64,000 nucleotides of DNA from Phoronis australis (Eukaryota; Animalia; Phoronida): assembly GCA_002633005.1 (NCBI GenBank), contig NMRA01000821.1, positions 56,274 to 120,273 on the forward strand, given 5' to 3'. The position numbers and the translations under genes were made by a program. The notes beneath the pieces were generated by a model that did no database searches, was not told the origin of the DNA, and saw nothing but the letters and a program-made list of their open reading frames with translations. Below are positions 12,601-25,949 of this stretch, piece after piece (position 1 is the stretch's first letter; each line of letters starts with the position of its first letter).

Positions 12601-15600
12601 TCAATGTCACACAGAATTTTCATTCAGTGAGTTACCCACATTTACAAACATTACTATAATGCGAACCACACAATGAAACTCCTTTTTTAAAAGAGCATTT
12701 CATTGTGGGGATTAAAATCCCTATCCAAAGTTTAACATAAACTCGTCTGAAGTTGGAAAGTCTAGAAATGTGCCTAATTTTGTTACGTTCTGATTTAAAA
12801 TACAAAAATAATGAAGAATAAAGTGAATGCCCCTAGGAATGGTTCCCTTATTGTGAAAATGACGCAATAAATATTGTCCAAAGAATATAAATTACTCAAA
12901 CAAATACTCGTCAAACTGTACAGTTACCTTTTCCTTCTGGTAAATCTCCAACAGCTTGTAATAGAATGTGCGTGCGGACAAGCAGCCAAACTTTAAGTAC
13001 GGGCTTAGTACTGTGGTACTGGGCTGTAAACTATTGGGCTCTGTCTTGGGCTTTTCAAATGAGCAGATCCATCTCTGTAACACAAGAGGGTGCTGTATAC
13101 ATTTTTGTGAGTCATCAAATACGCCACATGTTGGCCACATCACGTGACCTATATTTAAGTCTGAAAAGAGCTCTGCTCGACCAGGGTTCTGGCCCGAGAC
13201 TTTCTCCTAAGTGCGCAGATACTCTAGTCCACATCGGGACCACCGGAAACTTAGAAATTATAAAATTACCAAATAATTTTGAATTTACACCATCAGTATA
13301 GTCAACTGTAGTAATCAACAATCAACACTTACTTACTCTGTGCTTGGGAGGGGGGGTAACTAGAAGGCATAGCGGCTTAGAATATTGCTGACAGTTGTAA
13401 ATCATGAATGTCGTTCACACAATACACGATTCACTTTTTGAAACTGACACGCAAAGTCCGTGAAAGCAATCCTTGTGAGCCCTGCTTTTAGTCATACAAC
13501 TGTCCAAGTTGGACTGTGCAACTAAACACTGTTTAACAAAGGGTTTGTGGTAAGGGCAAGACTTTAATTGTTTTATTACCCCCTATTGATTCTGAATAGC
13601 CAATCCCAGAGTGTCAGCACTATCAAATGTTAGAGAAGAAGTTGATTAATCAACTGAGCAACTGTGATGACCTGTTTAATAGCAAGGGCCATCTCGACAT
13701 AGCAGTAAATCACCATGACAACGTGTGTTCTTGGACTCATGCGATAGGTAACTGCATGACCTCGTGACAAAACTGTAATCATTTAGGATAAAAGAGACTT
13801 CTAGTATCCATTTTGATACCAAGAAAGCATATAGGCAGGCTCTAGAGTAAACAGATATTACCGTTCTTACAATATTCATGAGCTCCAGATAGTCTTCCCA
13901 GAAATCATTAAATGTCAAATAGATGTCTGACGCGGCTTTCTCCCAATTTTTAAATGTCATGAGACTTGCAAGATTTGTTTAAGTCAGAACCTATCCTCAT
14001 GATTTTCATCATAAAAACAGGTAAGTTGCAAGTTCCTAAGACATACATCTAGTCTTGCCTTTGTAATGGGGCAAGGACAACTCAATAAATGACACTGAAA
14101 CATGCACGGGACAACCAGTGATTAATGTAATACTCGGAAACTCAAACACAAATAAATCAGATCTTAGCTCACCTTCGAGAAAGTGGGATTTAATATTTCA
14201 CAGTATAGTTGTTCTGCGTTGTGTATCCAACCCTTCAGTAATGTCAGCCTAATTTAGATAAAATTTCTCAATTGTTGGATATGAGTTGAGCACGTTTTAC
14301 GAAACAAAACATTGCCTTTCTCTTTACACAGTGCAACTACAGATACATCATGCTACTTTTGACTTTATCAGTCGGATCACTACGCACCGGTTTGTCTAGC
14401 ACAGCATTCAACCTTTTCAGAGCTTCAGTTTCACCACCAGGGTACAGACACGGTCCCAGACCACTAGTGTCATGACCCAGACTTTCCAGTGTTGGCACAC
14501 CATACTTCTCTTCATGGTCTGGGTCAAACTCAGGCAGACAACCTGCAATTATTTGGATTGAGCACAATGCGGAGTGTAGGTGACTATTAGCTATCCTGAT
14601 TTTGCTACTGCACTAACCACTTTCAACAGCGAAAAAAATTTTATTTCGACTATTAACATAATGGAATTGGTCTCAAATTGTTCCTTAGTCAAAACAAGTA
14701 GTGTGATTTCCAATGGGATTGGAAAGAACTACCAGACTTGTTATTGGTTGTGACCAAACTCTGCACAATGACTGGTCATTGCGCGTCACTTCCTCCACCA
14801 AGCACAGCCTTAAGGAAGTCATTTCTCATCTGAGTATGAACAAGTTGAGAGCAATTACTTAATGGCCGCAAGTGGGATAAATCAAAAGCTAGTTTCTTTG
14901 AAAGAACATAAGTTCACATTTGCCTAAAGAGTTCTGAGTCTGCTTTAAACTAATGAAAGATCACGAATTCAGAGCAAAAATTGGCATACACGTCAAAACC
15001 TAAAAAATTAAGAAATATACAAGTTAGTAATTTTATGGCAAAATTTCAAATTGCTCCTCAGTCCATACAGTGCACATTCGTGATTATTCATACAAAAATG
15101 ATTTGCTAAATCATTGAACTCAATAAAACATTCATTAAACTGATTTCAGCAACCTTCCTAGTAGTTATATAACACTGCTGCTTTCCAGGAAGCCATTGAA
15201 CACAGTAATACAAACCCATAAAGTCTTCACTTGAAGGGATTCTCACAGGTTTTGGAGGGGGCCCGATCTGAGACAAGACAGTCTGGAACCGTTGATAAGT
15301 CAGTGGAGGGTTGCCTGAGTTCTTGGCAATTATCCTGGAAGATGGGGAACATCAACTTAGACCGGAAAACCACTACCTGACAATGTTTGACTTTGAGCCG
15401 CAGTGATTAGTCCACAACTCCAGTGTCTAATCTCTATACTTGAAATTGAACTAAAAATCATTTTCGACCTTTTGCGTTCTACTTTTATGCAAATTCAAGA
15501 TATGTGCATAATATTCAGCACATAATGATATAAAACATAATTATACGGAAGTTCCTAGAACGAGCTCGCACTCTACTAGAGATACAATCGAGTCACTGAC

Positions 15601-18019
15601 AAAAGCCAACGAACAGAACAATTTTAGACACTCTTATCTCGAGTTTGCACAAAACCAGAATGGAACTACCAAAAATAATGTAGATTTTAAATAAAAATAA
15701 AAGAGGCCGGGCCCACATGCTGCAAATAATTCAGTGTCCACCGTATTTAGAGTCTTGGCTGAATAAACTGATCAGGCTTCAATAACTTGGCTTGACATGA
15801 TCAAGTAGTGTTGATGATGTAGTGTTGATGATGTAGTGTTGATGATGTAGTGTTGACCATGAAGTGTTGATCATGTAGTGTCGATCATGTAGTGTCGATC
15901 ATGTAGTGTCGATCCTGTAGTGTTAATCATATAGTGTTAATTATCATGTAGCATTGATCATGTAGTGTCGATCATGTAGTGTCAATCATGTAGTGTTGAT
16001 CATGTAGTGTCGATCATGTAGTGTTGATCATATAGTGTTGATTATCATGTAGCGTTGATCATGTAGTGTTGATCATGTAGTGCTGACCATGAAGTGTTGA
16101 TCATGTAGTGTTGATCATGTAGTATTGATCATGTAGTGTTATCATGAGCTGAACCAATACAGTAAAGTTTCTTCAAATAAGAACGCAATATGGCAGAATG
16201 GTAAAACTAAATTTCGTCAAAATTTTCAATGAGAGTAAACAACAAGACTTGATTGTTTGAAAACCATATTAAGTACTGGTGTCATCAACAAACACGTGGT
16301 GACATTTTGAATATAATTCAAAAATTGAAAATATTACAATTTTGGCCATCATTTTTGTTCGAATGTGAGGTAACTTTACCGAACGTGTCAGTCCACAACT
16401 TATTTTGTGAGTTAGGAACAAGCTGAGACAAAAATTACAACAACAGTAAGTGATCAAAGTCGAAACCTAAAGGTACATCTCACACCATTTAGCCGGCTAA
16501 AAAGTAAAAATTAAATTTGAAGTACACCAGCATTTTCATATTTGTAATTTTAGTGTAAACCATATCCCGGTAAGGAATATCATGATGCCAATTTCACAAG
16601 AGTATAAGGCATACTTCAATTTTTGCTTTTTAGCCAGCATAATATCTTTTTGACAGTAGGTTGCTTTTAAGTGTTTATCTTGGTAGTAAATGCAGAACTG
16701 AACACTTATATCTGATAAACTGGTTTCCACGGTGCCTGATTTAAGAACAGTGTCATGCACATTCACAATCTTCACTGCACAAATGGAATGGACGACATAG
16801 GCAGTATTAGTGAAGTCATCCCTTTACTATCTGACTAGGTTGAAAACAGAAAACCCTTCATCAGCACAGGGTCGTTTGCGCAACTCCCGTGTGACAACTT
16901 GAATGCAAGGACTGTAACTGTAAAGCGCCACCTAGTGACTGCCATACCCCTGTTGACATGCTTACCGTTCAGGATTGTACAAGGTGTGTGATGTCTCTGT
17001 AACCACTTCAATGTTATGCTGCAGCGCCATCTGTGTGACCAGACTGTCGCGCTCCCTAGCGTACGGCTCTGTGTCCGCCTCATAGCCCAGCCGAGTGACC
17101 CCCCAGTCTTTGAACACTCTGGGAAACACCTCTTGAGGATTCCCTCGCAGCACATACAACCTGAAACAGTTTCATACAAGACGGTAAGTTCATTAACGGG
17201 ACGAAAAAATCTTCCATGGGGGGAGAAGGGCGCAAGTGTAACAACAGCATAGGTCAGCATCGCAGGGCGTATGCCCTGCAGTGGTTTAAACTCAGCAGTG
17301 TTTGATCAGCTTAGTGGCCTAGGACACATCATTGAGATAGTGAAGAGAGGGTACTGGACAGTGGACAAAGAGAGAGAGAGAGAGAGGTGTCATTGCTTAA
17401 TGCCTTTTCTCCATGGTCATGTTTATTGACACAGACTGATGTAAGTTAAGTATGTCTCATTCTTTAATTTTTGTCACAAGGTTTGCAAGGTTTGTGAAGA
17501 GCTAATTTGTTTCAACTATTGCAGCAGAACCTTAGAAATTCATTAGTGTATTATAATGACTTTGAATGGAAATGGAGTTATTTTGTAAGTGGCTAACGAA
17601 TATAATTGTTCAGTCAACTGGACAAACAGTTTAAGTCAGGTCTGAACACCATCTGTTGGCCACATCCCATGACCTGCACACCGGTTCAAGATGTACATAT
17701 ATTTCAACATACAAATGTTTTGTATATTTCAGTTGAACTGAGCTTTCAACGGTTTTTGCCACCAGAGGTGCTACAAGAGGTTGAAGTACCTAGAATTGAG
17801 TGCCTTCAATTTCATATCCAGATCCTTGAGAGACTGAAGAAGAAAGCGCCATCTGTTGAGTCCAACTTTGGCATTCTTTACAAACCACGGATCCAAAATA
17901 AAGATGGGTCGAAATGTTTTCACATCATCTGTACACATCTTCAACAAAGCAGGATTGTCATGGAGACGTAAACCTTTTCTGAACCAGTAGATGGCAATGT
18001 GGGTCCTATCTTTTGCCAT
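6605..18019 (-). CDS. phr6-4: (6-4) DNA photolyase (cryptochrome/photolyase family), ~533 aa, 10 coding exons
   Basis: Exons 18019-17790, 17160-16966, 15334-15216, 14542-14388, 13074-12928, 12507-12343, 11004-10864 (or its copy 9411-9271), 8451-8300, 7484-7288, 6705-6605 sum to 1602 nt in frame. Motifs: [67 protein letters not shown]. The segment [13 protein letters not shown] is the (6-4) photolyase-type version rather than the vertebrate-CRY SSFFQQFFHCYCP. The last exon boundary is the least certain. Confidence 0.93.
8369..11296. repeat. Direct duplication of ~1.3 kb (8369-9705 vs 9977-11296) containing photolyase exon 7 and part of exon 8
   Basis: The copies are near-identical across exons and introns. 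The second copy begins immediately after the N at 9976, which truncates its exon 8 mid-codon. Confidence 0.95.
12128..12262. mobile_element. Small MITE-like foldback element in a photolyase intron
   Basis: Inverted arms gttggccacatcacgtgacctaatgaacaaagtccga / tcggacttatgttcattaggtcgcttgatgtggccaac. The same left end recurs near 13130. Confidence 0.7.
15800..16145. repeat. 14-bp minisatellite (gatcatgtagtgtt)n in photolyase intron 2
   Basis: More than 20 degenerate units directly visible. Confidence 0.95.
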
Positions 18020-19558
18020 GTTCCAATCCTTATGACTTAAGTCATCTGAAAATTGCACAAATGGAGGATAAAGGTGTAACTAGGGTTTTCAGGTTTGTTT
18101 CAACAAACTGGACCAACATACAGTTTTTGTTAACAAATCATCTTCCTTAAACACCAACAACTTTTTTATCTCACAAATGCAAATAGGGCACTTCATTGGT
18201 ACTCATTATTGACAGGTCGCCTGACTACTAAAGTTGTGATCTTCACTGCAAGGAAACTTGTCTGTGAATGACAGGAACTCTAATCAGCCGCTTGACGTTA
18301 ATAGTGCCATGACAAGCAGCTGAGGTTTTTTTAACATGTTTAATAGTATTGGCTCTAAATTGAGAATCTTGCTGGGTCACATTGAATCAGTCAGGGCCTG
18401 ACTGAATTATACAGACAGTATCTGAGCAGCACAGTCTGAACTGTGCCAGTGCAATTGGCACATTAGGCCTCGAAATTAAAACTATTTTTCATTATTTTCA
18501 GTTCTACTTTGATATGAAATCAATATGAGTGTCTTTTATGCTCAAGCATGTCATCTGGTTTATGTGGATGATTGTGTAATCCCATACTGCACTTGATGAT
18601 CCTACAGCATATTTAAGTCATAAGTTGGAGTCTAAAGTCGTAATTTCGAGTTTTTACTTGAAATTTGGAGTTTTCCTAAAATTTGCGACTCGGATCTAGG
18701 GGTCATTATGTGCGAATTTAGACTAAACAGTGCATGGTTAAGTATACTGCATATAGGTTTACTCAAGCACAGAATAATAAATAGATTTCTTAATTTCGTA
18801 TTATATTGGAAAATTATGTGCCATTTATATTTTCGATTTTGGTTTCGAGAAGGGCCCAGGTCTAATGTTTGCGCTTGAAATCAAAAACATTTTTGGCCTA
18901 CTCTGCTCTACTTTCATGCGAATTCAGGATAGTTAGTGGCTCAGATGGGGCTATTACTATTAGTCTACATTCTGGTTTACATATATGAGCCTCTAGTCCA
19001 AGTTTGCATCTGATGACCCCTATGTTAGTACTACAAACTCAGGTAACAACTCGAGATTTTTGAGTAAAAACTCGAAATTTCTGGTTCGGACTCGGAACTT
19101 TTAGCCTCCATGAGGTCATCAAGTGCAAATCGAGATTAGAAAGTTATTCAGGTAAGCCTTTACATACTTGAGCACACACTAATTGACACTTACCTTAATT
19201 TCATACAAATGTATAATAGAAAATGCCACAAATAATTTGAAGTTGGGCTTCGACTAGGGTAAACATGGTAGGCTAATCGGGGTCGGCATTGGAATCGGTG
19301 AACTCAGAGTTCACGAAGTTGAAAAAGTCCTCCACCTGGCTCTCATGCCTCTGGCTCTCAGCACTTACCAAGAGATTTGGATCGCTCGTGGAACCTATTC
19401 AATTAATGAGGTGGGTCAGAGAATAGGCAATTTATCCTCAAGGGCTGGCGTTTTTTGACTGAACATACGACAGCGACACCACGAACTGAGCGGGCAAGTT
19501 TACGAAGCGCCGCAGCGACATCTACCGGTCGCAATGCTGTGCTAAAATGCAGGCGCGC

Positions 19559-19915
19559 TGCAGTATGTGAACTTGGAATCATGGTTAATCTAAGATTAAC
19601 CGGAAGTGAGTGCTGCGTGAACTTGGAATACGCGAAGCAACTTCACAACTTCACTCAAATAATCACGTTCATGTTCATAAAAATTTGCACTGCACTAAAT
19701 CAAGTTACATTTGAATAAAATAATGTCAATTTTAACCAACCTTTTCAACTACGGGCGATCAGTTTTATAAGTTCATCAAGTGATAGATTTAGCCATTCAC
19801 ATATTCCTCCGGTTCATCGACACAAATTACGGTAAAGGAGAAAATAGTTGATCGCGAGGCCAATAATTACAAAAATTCTTTTCACCGAATGAAAATTTCA
19901 CATTTTGCCTATAAT
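19559..19915 (-). mobile_element. Truncated copy of the MITE family at 56037-56459 and 57611-57984, in opposite orientation
   Basis: Starts tgcagtatgtgaacttggaatc and matches the reverse complement of the other copies for ~350 bp (the ORF track also shares SECCVNLEYA...FTQIIT...FE). The second terminal inverted repeat (TIR) is missing. Confidence 0.85.
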
Positions 19916-22226
19916 GCGTGCAGTTTTAGCAAGTACACCTCGTTAGTCACGGTGCAGGACGTTACATGTACATGTATTTCACTTTACGGAGAATCTTGGC
20001 ATATAAGATCATGACCTTATGTTCCGGGTCATTCAAATTTTGGTGAAAAATTAATTCAAAAATGAATCTTGTTTATGTTATACATTGTATTATTTGCTGA
20101 TTTGTATTTTTTTCTACTATTTATGCAATATTTTATGAAACGAAAACCAGTCAACAGTTATCAAATTGAAAGTATAGAAGTATACTTATCATAGGCAAAT
20201 GTTGAGTTGGCTTACTTAGGACAAAATAGTATGGACTTATATTCGAATGTAAAGCCTAGTTTCAGTTATGTTTGAGATCGCATCTTCTCGTTAATTGTTC
20301 CCATAATGCATTATTTGCAGTGAATGTCTGAGACTGGGTAACCACCTCAGTCAGTAAATCCTCTCTGATTCCCGAGAAGACTTTGTCAGAATGCGAGTAT
20401 CAAGTTAAAATGAGATTATCTCTCAGTAACATCAAAGTATAAATTATTAGTTAGTCTATTATGTCCATGGGCTTGTTTGCCGGGTTTTAGAGTAAGATGA
20501 TTGTAGTTGATTTAAAGATTCTAACGCCAGAAAATTAAAGCTTGTGTCTTGTGAAGGATTTGTGCAAAATTAAATTTCCACAACATCAACAGTGGGAATG
20601 TATAGACTCTATTCACGCGGCGGCCATTAAAATCTAAAGCGAGGCTCACTGCTGTAGTGATTCTTCAAAAGGTGTCTTACCTTACATCTTAGTTGTCCGT
20701 GGTCGAGCTCAATAGTTCTGCTTTGGTGTGTGGTCTGGGTATCGAATGCCACTCTGCATCCAAACATGTGTATCGGCCGCAGGGCCGCTTAATTAATATT
20801 CATGATGCGCCCTCATTGGCCATTACCGGCATATGGGCCGGACAGCCAACGTCGGCAGTCTCCAAGACGAACAGCAGTCGTCTCTCGATGCCGACAGAGG
20901 GCGCGCGCGGCAGAAGGCCAGCGCAGCAGTGAGACAGGTCCAGTGACNGGGCATTGACCCAAGTGCGAGGATACGCGGTATAGCATAAGAATCTCTGTTA
21001 CATTAAATTGTTATGGTTATGAACATTTACAAAGACTTTTCATAAGTAAAAGATTTTAGTGTGCTTATACCAACGTTAAAGTGTTGTTCGTCGATAACGC
21101 CTATTCGAAAGTCAGTTATGTAATTTCATTGACGATTATCTGAACGAAATTGACTGCCTAGTACATTTAAAGTGAACATTTTTCATTTTCCGTGATGCAG
21201 CTATTGGGGGTCTGTTCTCAGCTGAAAAGCCCGGGAGGAGAGCAGCGCCAAATTAAACTAGTGAGGTGGCACCAAAAAACGAGCCGGCTATCTGGCGTGT
21301 TTGTGTCGCTCTTTTCTCACAGATGTAATATTTTTATCATTTTATCTTGAACATAAGCTCTTCTTTGACTAATTACATTTTCTAATGATATAACTAAAAT
21401 CTGAGAGCTTAGTTCGACGAAAAACAAATAAGGTTTTGAATTAGGGGCGTTGCATGAACAGATCTCTACCAATAATTTCAATAATATTTCGAATTTGGCG
21501 TAGAATTCACTCTCACGTTGTATCAAAGCTAAAAATTAGAAATAAAACTACAATGAACAGCCTAATAAAGAAAAATCAGTCAGTATTTTCACAAGTCCGC
21601 AAATTAAAAAGTAAATTTATTGAACATAGTCGAGTCCCTATTTGGAACTGCTTCGTGCAAGCCGGTCAATGATGTCTAGGCAGGTAGTCACTGGGGTGCG
21701 GTCCAACAGCGTTGGTTGTTGCCATTTTATCCACTTTCCCGCGCGATCACTAATGACTTTGTGCATCTCTATGTTATTTTTAGTTTTTACGTCACCACGT
21801 ACTTCATAGCTCAGAACAGCCCTCAGTAGTCAAATTCGTTCACGAAGCTCACATTAATAAAAATTAAACAACAGGTAATTTCAAGTGGACGCCACTTCCA
21901 TGACTGTGTTTACAACAAAAAGTTCATGTTGTTATTAGCAATGAGGCAAAAAGGGTTTTTTTTCAAATCTCTGTAAATTTTCATAAGGAGCAGTTTAGAA
22001 TATTGAATATAGGTCCAATCGCATCTTGGTGCCTATATTATTCCAATTATGATTTTTGTCAATACAATCTTGCCCAAACGTTCACTAAGAAGTATTTTCA
22101 TACTCGAATTAACTACTTAATGTTACTGTGCCTGCTCTGAAGCCCGTGGGTCTTATAGACGAAATAACCATTTATTTGTTCACTATGTAATTGATATAGA
22201 GTACTTTTTAGTAATTATCTTAGAAA

Positions 22227-25200
22227 TTTAAAAGGTCATATCTGCTTTTTATACTCGATGTTAATATTTCTGACACTGCGGAGTCCTTTTGGCCGGGGTT
22301 TACTGTAAAATTATGTAGAGCAAATGTCCAAATTCAGAACAACTTTATAGAGTCTATCTCAAAAACGTTTTTATCGGACCCACATGGAAATTTCCCTATG
22401 CTTTTTATATTGTTCTTCAAACTGTTAAGAATTGTTTTTACAATGTTCCGCATTCTCAAAATTGACTGTCTGAAGATACGACTTTTATGATTTTGGAAAT
22501 GAATCAGACGTGAACGTTGCATAAAACCACAACGATGATAATTATGATAATTCAGAAAACTGTAATAGCGCTTTTTAAGATTTCATCTTGCGCATATATA
22601 TCAAATGAACATTGTTTGCCTATGGATGAGCGTTTTTGTTTTGTTGCTGCTTTGGTAAAAATGATGACGAGCGGTTGATAGGCTCCGAAGCGCTGGCGCT
22701 GGTGACGTGCATTAGCCTCAGATCAGCACGTGACTGAGAAGTTCAGAATAACATACAAAACATATTGTAAAATTAATTAAAAGAAAAGTAATTATGCTCA
22801 TACTAAAGTTTATATGTTATAGTGCGGAGCAGTCGGTCTCGGCGACTTTCTTACACTTCGTTCAAAGCTATGACCTTGGCCTTTAGTAAGCAATATTGTT
22901 ATCACCGTGCCACACGTTCAAGGAAGTTGTTCAAGATTTGGACTTGGGCTAAACAGCTAATTATTCCGTCCCATATCGAAGGTAAACACCGGTAAAAACT
23001 TGTACAATGTCAAATTTTTAAAGTATGAATGCCATGTTGTGCATACTATGTGCCTGGCCCAATTCCGACGGTCGGTGCTGATGGTACTAGGAAGTGACTT
23101 ATGTGGGCATGGCGAATAAACAATGCTACCAATCTGATCTCGATTGGTGATTGCCTGGCATATTCCAACCCTGCTCCCAGGCTCCATTAAAGATCTCAGT
23201 TGGTGGTAGTCATGGGTAACTTACCACTGAATAGAAATGGGTTGAGTAGTTCCATTACAGGGTTATCGCCTGTTTGCTAAACTCATCTACAGGCATACAG
23301 CCAAAGGCAATGCAATTTTGCCTGAAACTTAATGCCTAGGCTTAGGGCTAGACTGTAGTACATAATCTATGCTTAAACTGAGACAGCCAAGTGGTTCATG
23401 GTGGCCATCGACCTTTTTCCAGATAGCCTGAGATGCCATGTAATCGAAGGATTGTGGGGGCAGTGGTATTCCAATACAGCACTGTTAGATAAACGATCTC
23501 ATGTCGTGAACACATCCACTAAAACAAGAAACTGTAGGAACACCGCATTTATCCACCTTCACTCTTATCAGGCTTCTATTGTGAGTCAGCATGCGTGAAT
23601 AATTGGCTGATAAGCCACCTCTGGAACTACTTTGGGCTGAATGGATGACCAGGCCATAAAATGATAATTAGCCAAGACCAGTTACTATAATGCAACAAAG
23701 AACAAGTAATAATGTCTTGCATCACCTAGCCTTGGTGGAAAGCTGNCCATTGTTCAATGCTAGTCACTGATCTCTTGTGTTCAACCCATGACGTCACATG
23801 GCGCGAAATGTGAAAATTGGCAAAATTGAAAGAAAAATCAAAATTTTGAGCTAATTACACAAAATAAACATGGGTTTAGCTAAATTTTACGTCATACATT
23901 TAGTCTGTGGCCACCGGTAATTCAAAATGTGCAAAAATCCATGGTGTGTACTGTTTAAAAGGTCATATCTGCTTTTTATACTCGATGTTAATATTTCTGA
24001 CTGCGGAGTCCTCTTGGAAATCAATTTCCGGGGTTTACTGTAAAATTATGTAGAGCAAATGTCCAAATTCAGAACAAGTACTTTATAAAGTCTATCTCAA
24101 AAACGTTTTTATCGGACCCACATGAAAATTTCCCTATGATTTCTACACTGTTCTTAAAACTGTTAAGAATTGTTTTTACAATGTTCCGCATTCTCAAAAT
24201 TGACTGTCAAATACGGCTTTTCAGTGATGAATAATCCGGCAATCAGACGTGAAAGTTGCATAAAACCAGAACGATGATATGATAATTCAGAAAACTGTAA
24301 CAGCGTTTTTAAGATTGCATCTTGCGCATTTATATCAAATGAACATTGTTTGATATGAATGAGCGTTTTTGTTTTGTTGCTGCTTTGATAAAAACTAGTG
24401 GTGACGAGCGGTTTCAGGGCTTAGATCGGAAGCGCCGCTGCAGTACGTGCATTGATTAGCCTCGGATCAGCACGTAACTGAGAAGTTCAGAATAACATAC
24501 AAAACACATTGTAAAACTAATTAAAAGGAAAGTAGTTATACTCATACTAAAGTTTTTATGTTATGGTGCAGAGCAGTCTCGGCTACCATTTTCTTACACA
24601 CTAGATGTCAACTTCATTCGAAGCTATGACCTTGGCCTTTAGTAAGCAATATTGTTATCACCGTGCCACACGTTCAAGGACGTTGTTCAGGATTTGGACT
24701 TGGGCTAAACAGCTAATTATTCCGTCCCGCATCGAAGGTAAACACCGGTAAAAACTTGTACAATGCCAAATGTTTAGTGTAAGAATGCCATGTTGTACAT
24801 ACTATGTGCCTGGTCCAATTCCGACGGTCGGTGCTGATGGTACTAGGAAGTGACTTCTGTGCCGTGGGCAGGGCGAATAAACAACGCTGTCGCTACTGAT
24901 CTGACCTGGCATATTCCAACCCTGCTCCCAGGCTCCATTAAAGATCTCAGTTGGTGGTAGTCAAGGGTAACTAACCACTGAATAGGTTATGGGTTGAGTA
25001 GACCCATTACAGGGTTATCGCCTGTTTGCACACAGCCAAAGGCAATGTAATTTTGCCTGAAACTTTATGCCTAGGCCTAGGACTATAGTACATAATCTAT
25101 GCTTAAGCTGAGACTGCCAAGTAGTTCACCGTGGCCATTGACCTTTTTCCAGATAGCCTGAGATGCCATGTAATCAAAGGATTGTGGGGGCAGTGGTCTT

Positions 25201-25240
25201 CCAATACAGCACTGCTAATAGACATATAGATAAACGATCT
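22227..25240. repeat. Direct duplication of ~1.27 kb (22227-23499 vs 23954-25240) upstream of CYBA
   Basis: Collinear match from tttaaaaggtcatatctgc to agataaacgatct, with scattered SNPs and indels. An N at 23746 lies between the copies. Confidence 0.93.
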
Positions 25241-25949
25241 GTAGAAAAATCTTCACTTTTGCAGAATATTTCAAACAACTGAAAGTTTAGTTTATCATAG
25301 ATGCGAGCAAACAGGTAGCAAAAACCAGCTGCCAGGTAGGTCACCCAGCAGGCTATTACCACTTAAATTTCTGGATATACTGGGTATCTGTATTAGTGTT
25401 ACCTGAGATTTGCACACTCTGGTTTTCACTACATCATGAAAAAAGTCAAAATGTGACCCCAGTGTAATTAGTACTACTATATCTACTATTAGCGAAGGTC
25501 AATCTGGAAGTGGTTTAAGAATTAAATGTAACAGACGTGCAGTGATGCAGTCACATCAACAATGACTAGTTCATGATTCTGGTGGTGAATGAAGTGACGA
25601 TCAAAAGAAATACCTTGATTCTTGAAGTATACGTTTGATACATGTACACTTGAGTTGGAAGGATTTCAAGACATTGTTGACCTCCTGAGGTGTCCCTTTC
25701 AGTAAAGCTTAAGTATTAACCTGCATTTACTGCGATTGTATTAATGAAAGAACTGAGAAAAATCTGCTTATCTCAGTTTAGGTGGTGTTTTTGTAGATCT
25801 ATGCTATAAAAAGGTTTTGTAATTGAACTGTTATTGTTTAAACCCTTGTGATCGGAATTTGTTTATTGTGTCACCCCTTCTTTGTGTCGAACTGATTACT
25901 AGTCTCCTTTGTTTTTATTTTAGCCCGTACTGACCACACACCATTGACC

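Noticed and set aside
6605-18019. Circadian cryptochrome (CRY1/CRY2) call
   Set aside because: HHLARH together with [13 protein letters not shown] and a short basic tail fits (6-4) photolyase better. A phylogeny would be decisive.
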